DNA of 64,000 nt, taken from Octopus bimaculoides (taxonomy: Eukaryota). A model generated the notes under the pieces. It saw only the letters and a program-made list of their open reading frames with translations. It did not search any database and was not told the DNA's origin. The stretch lies in contig NC_069001.1 of assembly GCF_001194135.2 (NCBI RefSeq), positions 30,060,601 to 30,124,600 on the forward strand, given 5' to 3'. Position 1 is the first letter of the stretch, and each line of letters begins with the position of its first letter. Position numbers and translations under genes: made by a program. Positions 1 to 13,702 of this stretch are shown here, one piece after another.

Positions 1-431
1 TATATATATATATATATAACAGTAATAATATTTGCTTGTTATTAAGAAACAAAAAAAGTTTATATAAGACTGCAAAAAAAGTGCTCAAATATAAATGAGA
101 CAGGATAATTTACCTAGGATGCTTTTTTTTTAAGATTCAGGAGGATTACTTCCCTAAAAGTCATACGTATTATAGCATTTGTAACAAATCTTCTGTCAAA
201 TTTTCTTAGTCAGGAATGCCAAATTTGGCATCTTTTATTGCGGTATAAATAGAAGCAATTTAAGTAGACAAGGGCAATGGGGATATTCTTGCAATAGAAA
301 CCTCTGTTATGGGCGGGCAGACTATGATACACACATGACTAGAGATGCCGGCTTTTTACTCCCACCTGATGTATCGAACCCCAGTAATCGGAGCGGTGGA
401 AGAGTGGATGTGGGAAACTTGACAAGGACTG

Positions 432-943
432 TTGGTGGTGGAAATAAGTTTAGGGGTGGCCCGGAAAAAATCATATAATTGTAGAAACTCCCAATTGTGT
501 CCTCTCGACGGGTTCTGTTTGAGTACCAACGTAGTATATAAATGTGTAGCTAAGAATGAGGTCAATTTAAATAAGGTTTATATAGACAGTACAGTGAATT
601 TTAAAACCAGATATAGGGCCTATATAAGCTCTTGTCAAATGAAACATATTGCAGCTCTACAACACTCGGATCTCACTTGCACGACCTTAAGAAGAATAAT
701 AAGAGATATTCTCTGGAATGTTCGATTATATCGAGAGCCCCTTATTTTAGAGTAAATATTAGTAAATGTTTATTGTGTATTAGGGAATCCCTTGTTATCC
801 TTAGGTCTTTTGGGCCGAAAACATTAAATAGATTTACTGACGTGATCCCCTTCTGTAATCATAGGTTTCCATCCACATTTTTGAAAGTATATAGGAATAA
901 AAATATAAAAATAAGAATAAATGTTAGCGCTAGAGGGATTTGA
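432..943 (+). pseudogene. Penelope-like retroelement GIY-YIG endonuclease region, frameshifted relic
   Basis: ORF 432-755 reads YNCRNSQLCPLDGFCLSTNVVYKC...KVYIDST.NFKTRYR, matching the PLE pattern CNCR...CPLDG.CL..NVVY..VYIG..FK.R. It continues in a shifted frame (ORF 632-943) as SSTTLGSHLHDLK..IISRAPY..KCLLCIRE..TLNR..FCNH, the typical PLE C-terminus (C.LC..E, LN.R, C.H). Confidence 0.8.
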
Positions 944-1700
944 AACCTGCGAGGTTATATTAGTTACTCCAGACACTTTGATTGTTTAACAATTCTTTTT
1001 TGTTTCTTTTTTTTTTTTCATTAGTGATGTGGAATAGTCTGCAGTGTAATTGAACTACGGTAGTGAACTCCTGAAATGGCTATAGATACTTGTGTGTGTT
1101 GCTTTTCACCGGTGTGCTTATATGAACTTTTGTAAGTTTTTGCGACACGAGACAACTTTTTTCAGGATGTATTTGGATTTTACCTTTGGAAGACGGCTTT
1201 ACTATGAACTTTGAGGTAAGTAAAAGACCATTTCAAATATATTAATCTTTTTAAATACTTTTTGATTGAATTTAAATTATTCAAAAAGTATTTTAATTGT
1301 CAGTTAAAACCTTTAGTCGGTGAACAATTATTTTTTATCTTCATATCATTCATTTGTCTAGTAGGACTGGTATTTCTAATTTTTAGTCGCTTTATTCTAA
1401 CTCTGATTAGACCTTTTGTATTCTATTATAAAAAAATATATATCTTACATTTTATATATATATTTCTAACTCGGATTAGATATATTTGCATTTTATTGGA
1501 ATATATGCTTTTTTAAAATTGTGCGTTTTATGTATACGTATTATTTTTATATTACATATTTTTCTTATATTGTTTGTGGACCATGGTGTATATTTTATGC
1601 ATGATTCTTTGTTTGAGGGGTGGTGTTATGTTGAGTCGTTGACCCGAACATAATGTTTTTATTCTGTCATTAATGCCTTTATATATATATATATATATAT

Positions 1701-2031
1701 NNNNNNNNNNNNNNNNNNNNNNNNNNNNNNNNNNNNNNNNNNNNNNNNNNNNNNNNNNNNNNNNNNNNNNNNNNNNNNNNNNNNNNNNNNNNNNNNNNNN
1801 NNNNNNNNNNNNNNNNNNNNNNNNNNNNNNNNNNNNNNNNNNNNNNNNNNNNNNNNNNNNNNNNNNNNNNNNNNNNNNNNNNNNNNNNNNNNNNNNNNNN
1901 NNNNNNNNNNNNNNNNNNNNNNNNNNNNNNNNNNNNNNNNNNNNNNNNNNNNNNNNNNNNNNNNNNNNNNNNNNNNNNNNNNNNNNNNNNNNNNNNNNNN
2001 NNNNNNNNNNNNNNNNNNNNNNNNNNNNNNN
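1701..2031. other. Assembly gap (N run) after (TA)n; similar gaps at 7676-7848, 17058-17313, 23327-23427, 24803-24812, 33890-33989, 34713-34722, 45193-45553, 49002-49485, 51690-51699
   Basis: N runs are visible directly, and almost all abut (TA)n, (CA)n, (TATG)n or (CTA)n tracts. Confidence 0.98.
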
Positions 2032-3266
2032 CTCGTCTTTATGTTTTCGTTTCGCATTGTGTTTAACGTTTCATGTGATGTCCTCTAGCCATATATGCTT
2101 GTATGTATACATATAGATGTCGGTATGTACATATATGTATGGTTATATACATATAATTATATATTATTTATGATATTATATGATCGAACGCCACGCATTG
2201 CCTCCAAGTATGTATATAAAGAGAGAGAGAGCGGAGATAAATATATAAAAACACACATGACGAACATATACTCACACAAATATCTATGTATAAACTTAAA
2301 CGCATACGTACATATGTGTGAGTATGAACATGCATAGAACTCTAGATATATGCATGTATATCTCCGTACATACGGATAAACACGATGGAAGAGTCAGTAA
2401 AGCTCAATAAATAGAAGGAAATCGCGAGACATCTCAAGATAATGCTTTTGTGTCTATCTTGTAATCATTGTAACGCCAATAGAAACTCTGAGATAATTGT
2501 GAACAGTTATACGATATATTGTCTACTACCTTATAGATGTTGCGTTATTATAGATTCCTCCCTCAAATTCCGCCGAGGTCAACTTTGCCTTTCTTCCTTT
2601 TGGGGTGGATAAATCTAGTACCCGTTGCGTACTGTGGTCAATATAATCGACCAACCCCCACTCCAAATATGCCTAAAGTAAATAAGAGAAGAATCGCTAT
2701 AACGCCAGGCAAAATGCCCAGTGATATTTTGATCCTCTTTCGAGCTTAAATTCCGCCAGAATCGAATTTGCATTTTGATCTTTGGAAATCGATACCATAA
2801 GTACCAGATTAACACTGGATTTTATGCAATCACATTATCCCCTCGCACAAATTATAGTCTTAAATTTAAAAACGAATATATATTGCAAATGTAACTGTGA
2901 GCGTTTCCTCAAAAGAAAGCCTATTTTATGAATTTTACATTAAGTGCCACCGCACCGCAGTATTTATAAACACAGTGTATATTTGAATTTCTATAGATGA
3001 GCGGCACATCATGTATGAATGATTGACTCTTAGCATGCATAATGACATAATAGAATTGTCTACATAGACATTTATATATTTATGGGTGTTGTTCCTCCAT
3101 TCTGCTTCAGTTATATCAGCTGTTTTTAATTTTTTTTATTTTTTAGTAAGTGATTGCCTGTTTACGCTTGTATTTCTGAACACCTGTTAAAACGAAATTA
3201 TTTCAATTAAACATAGAAACAGTTGTCTTTGAATATTCATATATTAGTATACGCATGCACACACGC

Positions 3267-3315
<49 letters not shown>

Positions 3316-5634
3316 CACACACACACACATACGGATGTATACGTGCGTACACATATGTGCGCCTTGTATACAAAATTCCGTGGCCTGATAGCAAGGTCTG
3401 TCAGTGGGGAAATATGTGTGTCTATGTTTGATATTTCTTACTTGTGATTTAATTTGTGAAATAAAAATTCGTGTAGAACAGTTGTTTTTTTCCCCTTGTT
3501 TGTCTTCAAAATACTAAACAAAACAACGGTTATGGTGAAATATACATACACATACACACAAATAGAAACCTACACATCTGTCCATATATAGCTATATAAC
3601 TTCATACCTATATTCATTTATATGAATATATACACATAAGTGCTTATATATATATATATGTATATATATATACAACGTGTGTGTATGTATATTTGTGTGT
3701 GTACATACGCATGGAGGCAGTTATGTATGTGTCGGAGCATGTGTACGTGTGTGTATACACATATGAGTGAAAAAATAATTCACAACAGAGATAAACATTT
3801 AGAAATTCATGCATCCCTCCTGAGAAACACTCAAAGTTCCACGCCTGTTGCTCTGCGTTCTACTTATGTTTACCTAAATTTAAATGTTAAGCTAATGAAC
3901 TTTACGAAATATTTTCTATTTCATAAGAAAAAAAAATATGTTTGTGAGTGTCTATGTTCATAAATTTTCTTGCTACAATTTCGATTTACGCCTAAAAACC
4001 AGCCAGAACGTCATAGAATCTCGAATGTGATATATTACGCTCACATATATTCCACGTAATTAAAATGACTAGCTGTGGGAATTTTTGAGATACCGGAGGT
4101 AATTCCTTACAACATTTTTTTTTTCTAGTTTCAAACTCTACTGAATTCGACTTTGCCGTTCATCCATCGCAGTCGATGAAATTATTAGTAGTCAAGTAGT
4201 GGTCTTGTGCTTATAGTAGAAAGTATACATCACGCATATTTATACACAAAGATACAATCGTACAATTACACGTGCACGCCCGCACGTGTGCGCTTAATTT
4301 TATTTGCTTATCAACTGAAATGTGCGAGTGGATGCGTCTGTGTATGTATATATGTATGTGTTCTTGTCTGTGTGTGTGTATGTATTTCTGTCTGGTGTTT
4401 TTTGTCTGTGCACCTGTGTATATTAATTTACTCGTGAATATATATCCGCGACCAAAATGTTATCCATGTGAGTTATCTAAAGTTACATGCCCGCCTCCCC
4501 GCGAAAGTTTTAAAATACTATATACCTAGTTGTAATGTTGTCGCATCCATTATAAACCTGTTTCTGATATCATTGAAAATTGTGCGACAAGAATTGGATA
4601 TTTCCTATCCAACCTTTCTCTGGTAAATTCATTTCTATGATACGCTTCTTTCTGAGAAAAACAGGATAGTCTGTTTGATAACCACGCTTTACCTTCCTAG
4701 AATTACGATCGAATTAGAACCCGAAATAATATGTTTTGGGATACGGTCAAAATTCATGAGGTATAAATAATGAAGTGAAACAGCAGCACATAGATACGCA
4801 ATTGTTACAAAGCGATGGTCTTCTTTATTTAATGCGATTGAAATTGAATACATTTTCGGTTTAACCCACGCTTTTTCAGCATAGCAAAAACTTTACCCTA
4901 TTTTTATCATCATACACTAATTTTGTTACATGCAATTAAGAAAATAATGCAAAATTTATTAAAACAATTTGTTGTTATTGATCTGATGTTATAAATATTA
5001 ATTAAAATGAACATTTGTGCAAAGTGTTTAAATATATGATTTTAAAATGGAATATTTTTAACACCGATGTAGGGGCGGTTTCAGGCGGTTGTCATAATTT
5101 TCTTTTGCATTTGAAATGGGTTTAGCAATAAATGTTTGCAATTGATAAAGCTTCTGAATGCAAGACCAAAATTATTGTTCTTTAAATAAAAGTAATGTTA
5201 TTGTTAACTGCTTGTTTTTGTTTTTTTTTCATAAACTTCGGATCCAAAATAACATCTCATTACTTTACCTATTAATTTCTAAATAGACCAACACTAATTC
5301 TAACAATGAATTGCAAAAGCAACCTGCCCTGACTACTTCTGTCAATTGCATGAATGTTATGTGTTAGTTTGTTCGTTTTTATACATATTCTGGGAGCCTT
5401 ATTTATATTTTTTGCAACTAGATGCAAAGTTTACCCGTAATATACAGAGTTGGCGGAAAATAAGTCTAGATTTAAGCATGCGCAACGCACTTTTATTGTT
5501 CTATCTAGAAATAAAATACATTATATCTCCGTTTATCAACTTATTTGTAAACTAATAGAGACACTAGTAATATATTTAAAATTGTGTTTTGGGTCACAGA
5601 AAGCTGATTATTGTGCTCTGATATACGTCGAAAC

Positions 5635-5966
5635 CAATGGTTCTCAATCGGGATCAGTATAACCGCCATGGGTCCATATAAGATTTTGGGGGTGCACGTA
5701 ACAAAATGGTAAATCGATGATTCAAGAGCTTTTTAAGGGCCTCTGAAATAATTTTGTGTTATGAAGTTATTGGTAATGTATTGCATAAAACCGCTAGATT
5801 TCGTTCTCCAGCATATTACGCAATACGATTTGCACAAGTCTGTGTGAAAAGTTAAATTTGAATTTTGAAAGAAATTTCTTTAAAACTAGTTTCTAAACGT
5901 CGTATCACTACAGGGGTCCACCAGAATAAATTAGTAATCAAAGGGGTCGATACATAATAACACTAG
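5635..5966. mobile_element. Degenerate hAT/Charlie-like MITE
   Basis: Begins CAATGGTTCTCAA (Charlie-type CAGTGGTTCTCAA end) and has internal GGGTCC motifs near both ends. The right TIR is decayed. Confidence 0.35.
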
Positions 5967-7642
5967 ACATACATAGCTTAGGATGTAGGCATCGAATGTC
6001 ACTAACAAAATAACTGTTTATCTTTCTCCGAAAAAGTGTATATTAATAGAATACTAATGTCTCCGAAATATGGCAAATTGTTTTTTTTTAATGATACAAA
6101 CTACCCATCATTATACTTGGTTTATAATTATATAGTCTAAACTTTTCTTACCTTCACCTATATATGTTAAGTGTTATCAGTCGACAGTTATCCAAATTTT
6201 GCGCGTGTGTAATGAAAGATTTAGCCTTGACTATTATCTATAATTTTAGCATATTCTGTAGCCTGTCGAATCGAAAGAATCATGTGTTTCCTTATATCAT
6301 GTCTACAAAAACTGTGACCAATAACCTCCAGTAGTGGTTTTATCGTTTGAAAGATGGCACATTTGAGAATCTCTCAAATGGGAATACTGGAACATTCAAC
6401 ATCGAATGTCTACACCTAATGTGGACAATGACATTTTGTGATGCATTTACACACACGTACGCATACACACAGTCACACACAAACACACACACAGATACAG
6501 ACTCACAGACACACATAAACACAGTTTACGGGGAAATTACACATATCATGTCGGAATGCATGTCTCGCGGAATACAAATAATATATGTTGATAGAAATAT
6601 GTAAACAAAAATATGAGACGAACGTATATAAAACGTTATCATAGTCATTCCAATATATAATTGAAACATATAAAATATACTCTCATGTAAGTGAGATGAT
6701 GTGATGTGGGGACGTGATGTGAAATAGTGATATACTGTATCTCGATCACACGGGATTGGATAAAGTGTAGTACAAAATCAGTACCATTAAATTATCTTCA
6801 ACGAATATCTCAGTCTTTTGTACTTGGAAACTTCTTTAAAATTCCTTGAATGCATTCTGTAAAAATAACCATAGAATATATTCGAAATTTGGTTCATTAA
6901 TATATTTGCGTTCCTGAGATTGCACGTTTAGGTTTCATTACTAAAAGCCAAAGAAGCTTATCCTTTGATACAAAATGATTAATGGCTACGGTGTAACCAA
7001 ATATGGCTCCAAGCCATTCTTCCCTGTATAAAATTTGTGTTCATATAAAACTGCAGAATATCTTTAGTGTTGCTGCCATGCTAAAATTCTATTTTTCTTC
7101 GATCAACATGCAAAGAAAATGAAGTGTTTCATTTATCAATTTCATATTGTTTTAGATCTCCATATTTCATTGCTGACAACTGTGCTAAAGTGACGCTGTT
7201 AGATTTAAATTCGGTTCTAACACAATTTCAATGATTTGTGCGATCTGTTCAAAGCGACGTGGCATGAGTTCAGCTTTTCCTAGCTAAATTACTATTATTT
7301 ATCCGTCTGTCTAAATCAATACTAACACTCATATTTAAACTGAATTTTTACTTTCCTGAGATGGAGTCCGCTGCCACGAATATAAAAAATCGAAAAATTT
7401 TTAGAGATGACATTTTCAAGATATTTATGTAGCTTAGGGCTTCGTAAATATCCATGGAAGTATCATTGGAAATGATAAACAAACTATTTTATCACATTTA
7501 TTATTTATTTTATCATGTATTTATTACATAATATACGTTTATTTTTTTAACAAAATTCTAGTCGACAATTTGTTTCTCTTTTTTTTTTTTACATATTTAG
7601 AAAACATTGAACTCCAAAGTTATATTCTGAAATTTAAACAGG

Positions 7643-7675
<33 letters not shown>

Positions 7676-7886
7676 NNNNNNNNNNNNNNNNNNNNNNNNN
7701 NNNNNNNNNNNNNNNNNNNNNNNNNNNNNNNNNNNNNNNNNNNNNNNNNNNNNNNNNNNNNNNNNNNNNNNNNNNNNNNNNNNNNNNNNNNNNNNNNNNN
7801 NNNNNNNNNNNNNNNNNNNNNNNNNNNNNNNNNNNNNNNNNNNNNNNNTATATATATATATATGTATGTATGCGTGTGTGTGTGTA

Positions 7887-8179
7887 GGCGCGTAGCTTAG
7901 TGGTTAGAGCATTCGGCTGACGATCGTAAAGTCGTGGTTCAAATCCCGGTAACACTTTATTCACGTTGCTCCCGTCCACTCAGCTGGCAACAATGAGTAG
8001 TAATTGTTTGTACTTTGAAGGGCCAGCCTTGTCATACTCTGTGTAATGCTGAATTTCTCTGTGAACTACTTTAAGGTTACACGTGTCAGAGGAATACTCA
8101 GCCATGTCAGTTTCACGAGCAAGCTATTTCATCGTATCAGCTAGGACCCTCGTCGTCGTTACCGACGGAGTGCTCCTTT
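7887..8179 (+). mobile_element. tRNA-derived SINE with a conserved-core (Nin/Deu-like) body
   Basis: A box TAGCTTAGTGG and B box GGTTCAAATCCC, then CACGTTGCTCCCGTCCACTCAGCTG core-like segment. Ends at a (GA)n tract. Confidence 0.7.
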
Positions 8180-9016
8180 GAGAGAGAGAGAGAGAAAGAG
8201 AGAGAGAGGGAGAGAGAGGTACAGACAGAGGCAGATAGTGAGAGTGTGAGAGAGATACATATGTAGATAGTAGATGACATGAGACTTCCATCCCAAATAG
8301 ACAGATGTTTAATTAATTTAATTATACTCATTTGATTACATGTATTTAACTAATCAACATTCACAACAAATTTACATTAGTAACACTAGCAATATTTTAC
8401 TAATATACATATGCACGATGAGGTAATTACTCACAATCCACATAGACACACTCACGCCAGTGGGCACACATCACCCCATACACACACGCCCATATATCTT
8501 TCGTTCGCTCCCTCTCTTCCCTTGCCTTCTAGGAAATAACGCATACATACACGCATACAAGTGTACATATGCACAGGCGTAAGACTAATTCCCAGATACA
8601 CTCAAGGCAGGCACTGATGAGAGAATGCATGTCATCGACTCGGTTGCGAATTGTGATGACAGGAATTTGACTAACAACCGTTTAATTATTTAACTAACAC
8701 TTTAAACAAACAATACATTACTTAATCGGTTAGGTGTTTAATCAACTGACTTATGATAGAGAAGTAATACTAGACCACTGCCTGTCTCAATTATTTCTGG
8801 TGTAATGACCTCCACAAGACATAAGGTTTTGTTTCAAAACACAAACTCATATCAAGATTCTTTCAAAACAAATACAAAAGAGCCATAATTTAAAATGAAT
8901 CAGGAATATTCTAACGTTAATATTCTAATATTAAGAAGGAAATATATATCGTATATAAAATATATGGTGTTGCGACTAATATTGTCACAGACGTTTAGAT
9001 CATCAATGATCTATAA

Positions 9017-9059
<43 letters not shown>

Positions 9060-10059
9060 CCTCATTTGGAAAGGAAGCAGGAAGCAAGGACTGAGACTTG
9101 TAAATTAAAAGTAGCATCAATACCATTACAAACATGATTTTCCTAAGATTGTCATCGATTAGGAAGCACGCTTACAAACCCTGATGCTTTAATTAACGTA
9201 TTTTATTACAGTTTTTACCTGTAAATGCTCTTGATAATTTTGACGAAATATTTATGTACACCTGGCATCTGGATTGCGAACCCGAAATCTCAACTCACCG
9301 CTTGGTTGCTGCGCAATAGCTAATAAGTTTAACGAAGAGTGAAAGAAACTAAACTTAGCCATTATTTGTATTATAGTTAAAATAATATTTATACCGTATT
9401 ATTCAAGTGATAAGCGTTATTTTTTGATTTCCATGACGAAATTTTCACGTTGGTCACGTGGTATGGCAGGCCAAATCAGTTCTTTCACTTTATCATCGCC
9501 TAGCCCCCATTGAAAATTTAGTTATTTATTTAAGAATGATTCACTGGAGCAATTGTCTAACAAAATATTTTCTTAGATCTGTGCTATTGATTTTTCTATT
9601 TGCATTTCTCTTCAGATAAACCTTTTTTTCAAAATTTTGTAATTTTTTCCTGAATACTTTGTGCTTGATGCTTAAGTATCGTATTTTTAAATTCATTTTT
9701 TACAAACGGAAGTTCCATTTGAAGGTCACAATAGGGAGAAGAAATCTCAAAAGCACAGTCTCCAGGCGTCATTGAGAAGTAAGGTGGTTTTGTAACATTT
9801 TTGGTTTCGTAACATTAATGGAAATTACGTTCATGACATTCATCGTACATCCAGATAATGGTACTTGATGGATAAAAGCTGGAATTCTTCATTAGATGTA
9901 ATGTTTGAATAGTACATGAAAAGGAAATTTTAACCGAAATCTAAACCGTATAGGGGAAACGGGAATGCATATAAAACAATAATTTAGTCCTTGATTAAAA
10001 AAGATTATATGCAAGTTATAATTACGAAATATATATATACATAAATATATAAACAAACG

Positions 10060-10076
10060 AGTGTGTATGTATGTGT

Positions 10077-10135
<59 letters not shown>

Positions 10136-10268
10136 TGTGTATATATATATCTGTATATTTATATATGTATATATATATATGTATTTGTATGTATGTGTAT
10201 ATATCTGTATATTTATGTATATATACATTTGTATATTTATGTGTATATATATATATATAATATATATG

Positions 10269-10299
<31 letters not shown>

Positions 10300-10339
10300 T
10301 TATATATACACATATATATTAAATATCGTATTTTGGCGA

Positions 10340-10379
<40 letters not shown>

Positions 10380-10380
10380 G
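10060..10380. repeat. Compound (TA)n / degenerate TATG / (TG)n microsatellite
   Basis: Directly visible; accounts for the YI-rich ORFs at 10005-10444. Confidence 0.95.
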
Positions 10381-11759
10381 GAAGCTATTGATTTTATTCA
10401 TATTTTTACGAAATTCAGCAAATGATGATAATTATAACCAGTAACTACTGTCTGTTAAGTAGTGAAAATAACAATATCATAAAACTAAAATGTAAGATGT
10501 ATCCTGAAATACATTCGGGTTTCTTTCATCATTATTTCTATAAACATCTCTATCTGTCTCTGTCAGTCTCTTTCTCCCTCACTCTGTCTACATGTTTAAC
10601 TATATACCATTCAACCTATGTATCCATCTTTTTTACGTGCACCAAAATGCTGTCATATATTCATGAATCACAACGCAAATAAATTCACTGTTATAAAATG
10701 AATTTCAATACATAGTTAGTCAATTAGCATACCCACTTAATAAATCAATATTATCTACTTGAAGTGTAATCATATTTATGTTGACAAAGTATAAGTATTA
10801 TTCAGTTACGTCTGCGCACACGACAATGGCTGACAGAATTTGTGTTGAAGAAGAGAAATTAGCTGATGATAATATTATATTTTTTTATATATAAATGTTA
10901 AAGTTAGACAATATTAATATATTTCGAATACAACATATTATTGATATTCTTACGCATAATATATACTGCATACTATTTACTATTCAGATAATTTTAAACT
11001 AGCATATATTTTTATATATCATAGACTGGATGTGAAAGTAATTATCTGGTAATGTAATTACTGTATTAGCCCATTAGAGTATAAAATATCTTAAAATATA
11101 TTTCATTCAATTAAGTCATATATTTGTGTTATGAAGTCATATACAAATTGTTGATCAGTCTTGTTTACATTAACGTAAGACTGTTTCCTTGCTTCTATTT
11201 TATTTTCCATGACAATGACACAATAAGTTGTGAGACTTCTCTCTATCCGATTATACATGAAATTCAATTGTGTAATATGTGTGTGTGTCCTGTGTGTACA
11301 GTGTCTTTGCATATAAATATTGGTGTAGATATAAGTATCTGCACGCATATTTCTTTTATCTTTATCGTTTTACGTGTTTCACTAATTAGATTGCGGCCAG
11401 GCTGGGGCACTGCTTCGAAGAATTTTGAAGAAAGTGACACCAGTACTTTTTGTACGCCTTGTGATTATTCTACCGGTCTTAGATCAGGTCACTAGCTATG
11501 CAAGTACACCTTCGTAATATATACTAGATAAAATAAGGTATTCAGATATCTGGATTGTTGTACATTTACAAATTCTTATTGATATGTCACATGATATTAT
11601 AAATCAGCGCTTGCATCTATTCTAGTAGATTCTCCGGATTTAATTTTTCTTCAGAGGATTTCTCTCTTTTTTTAATATTATTGAATGTGTAGGGGTGGAG
11701 AGAGAGATATATAGGAGAGAAAGAGTGGGTGAGGAATGGGGGGAAAAGTAAGGGAGAGT

Positions 11760-11905
11760 CTGTGTTTTTGTGTGTGTCTGTGTTTCTGATCCCATCTCCG
11801 ACCAACGCTTGACAACCGAAGTCGGTGTGTTTACGCATTAGTAACATAGCGGATCGGCAAAAGAACCGATAGAATAAGTACTAGGCTTACAAAAAATAAT
11901 GTTTT
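11760..11905 (+). mobile_element. 3' half of long tRNA-SINE (family A)
   Basis: CGCTTGACAACCGA..GGTGTGTTTACG..CGGCAAAAGAACCGATAGAATAAGTACTAGGCTTACAAA matches the body of the copy at 32202-32630. Confidence 0.75.
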
Positions 11906-12129
11906 GGGTTTGAAACAAATAAAAGAAAAAAATAACTAATATAATAATTTTTTTTTTGTTCTCATCAAATTTAGTGTTGGACTTCGTCAAATTAATCTTC
12001 GAGATTATCATAGTTGTTGTCGTTATATTCATCGGCCGACCGAATGAGCATCATTGTAACTGGATCATTGGTTTGAAACCGTGGCTTTTAAATGCATTTA
12101 GATTGAACAACGATTTTAACGTTTAAAAG

Positions 12130-12530
12130 ATCAATCATCACCACCATCATAATCGCCACCTCCATCATCACCACCATCATCACCACCACCACCAATATCA
12201 TCACAACAACCACCACCATCACCGATATCCATCATCAACACTAACATCCATCATCATCACCACTTCTGAGTGCACTACGTCGACATCTTCAGCATCATCA
12301 TTATCATCATATTGATCATCATCATATTGATCGCGATAATTATTATTTTTGCATTTATGATTCTCATCTCACCACCACCATCACCACCACCACCACCTCA
12401 ATGTCGCCATCATTATCCTAATTACAACTTTTTATCATCATTGACATCATCTTCATAATCATTATGAGATGCATTGTAATACTTATCATCGTCATTATCA
12501 TATTCGTTATCATATTGATCATCAAATAAT
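12130..12530. repeat. Degenerate (CAT/CAC)n trinucleotide low-complexity tract
   Basis: Directly visible. Confidence 0.9.
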
Positions 12531-13394
12531 TTTAACAGAAGTCTAAAAATATCGAGGCACGAATTACAGTTTGCGGTTGGAAAGACACAACCTTCTGATA
12601 TGTATCATAGATACGTCATTCCATAATGAAACACGTTCAAGAAAGAGTTAGAGAGAGTTAAAGAATAAGAGTGAACAACAAATAAAAGAAAAATTCAACA
12701 TTAAAAACAGTCTGAGAATAAATCAGAATCTTGAAAGACTAATAAAAGAAAACCTAGTATCATTACAAGACTGTTTTCGTCTTACAGAGAGAAAGGCCAG
12801 GTGAACTCGTCTGCCATGTTTCCTAGCAAGTGCAAAACATCGCGAATATAATGAAATTCGATAAATGCAGATATGATAAATATACAGTAGTCTTGAAATA
12901 GCACTTATGTAGTACGTACATTGCGAAATGTCTTGTATTGTTATTTTGATATTTTACTTTGTTATATACATCTATATATTTTACAGTAAATAAAAGCAAC
13001 AAGTTTTGTTTGTGCTTTTATAGTGATTGAAGAAAGATAAAAATTATTGTAAAAAGAAGCAGAAGAATAATAAAAAAGAAAAGCAAAGTTAAAGAAATAG
13101 ATTCTGTGGTTGTAATATTGTGACATCGAGAATAAAACTTGTGGACCACAATAAAACTTATATATTGACTTGCAGCAGATGAAAAATGGAAGCATTGTGG
13201 ATGTATTAAAGGAATTATTTTACTTGCTAACGAGACTTACACTGGAACATTACTTGAAGACGAAAAATATCCAACTGAAATGAAGTATTAACATTACTCT
13301 GCTACGTAACATGAAAACTAAACATGTTATTCTTCCATACAGTATTAACACACATAGGAAGAAATTATTTTTATATAAGAAACAGTTTATAAGA

Positions 13395-13702
13395 TCCACT
13401 AGGTGTCCTGATCTGGCCCCTCTTGATTTCTATCTTTGGGGGCATTGGAAAGCCATGGTGTAGTGCGGAAAGATAAAATACATAAATCATTTGGAAGAAC
13501 GCATCACCAACTCCTTTGCACAAGTAACACCAGATGTGCTATAACGAGTTCACAATGAGTGGGGTAAACGTATTGCAATGTGTATTCAAAACAACGGTAA
13601 CCATATAGAGCCTGTTAAATAACAAAAAAATGTTATGAACTGTTCCTTATTAAAAAGAAAATAAACTGTTCCTATGTATGGCGACTTTTTAATCACTCTA
13701 TA
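13395..13702 (+). pseudogene. Tc1/mariner-superfamily transposase C-terminus plus right end
   Basis: Translates RCPDLAPLDFYLWGHWKAMV*CGKIKYINHLEERITNSFAQVTPDVL*RVHNEWGKRIAMCIQNNGNHIE, matching the SPDL.P.DF.LWG and R...C....G.H.E motifs, with in-frame stops. Followed by TIR-like GACTTTTTAATCACTCTA-TA. Confidence 0.85.

Noticed and set aside
6955-7030. Minus-strand GAIFGYTVAIN resembling an integrin FG-GAP motif
   Set aside because: No credible donor and no neighbouring integrin exons.
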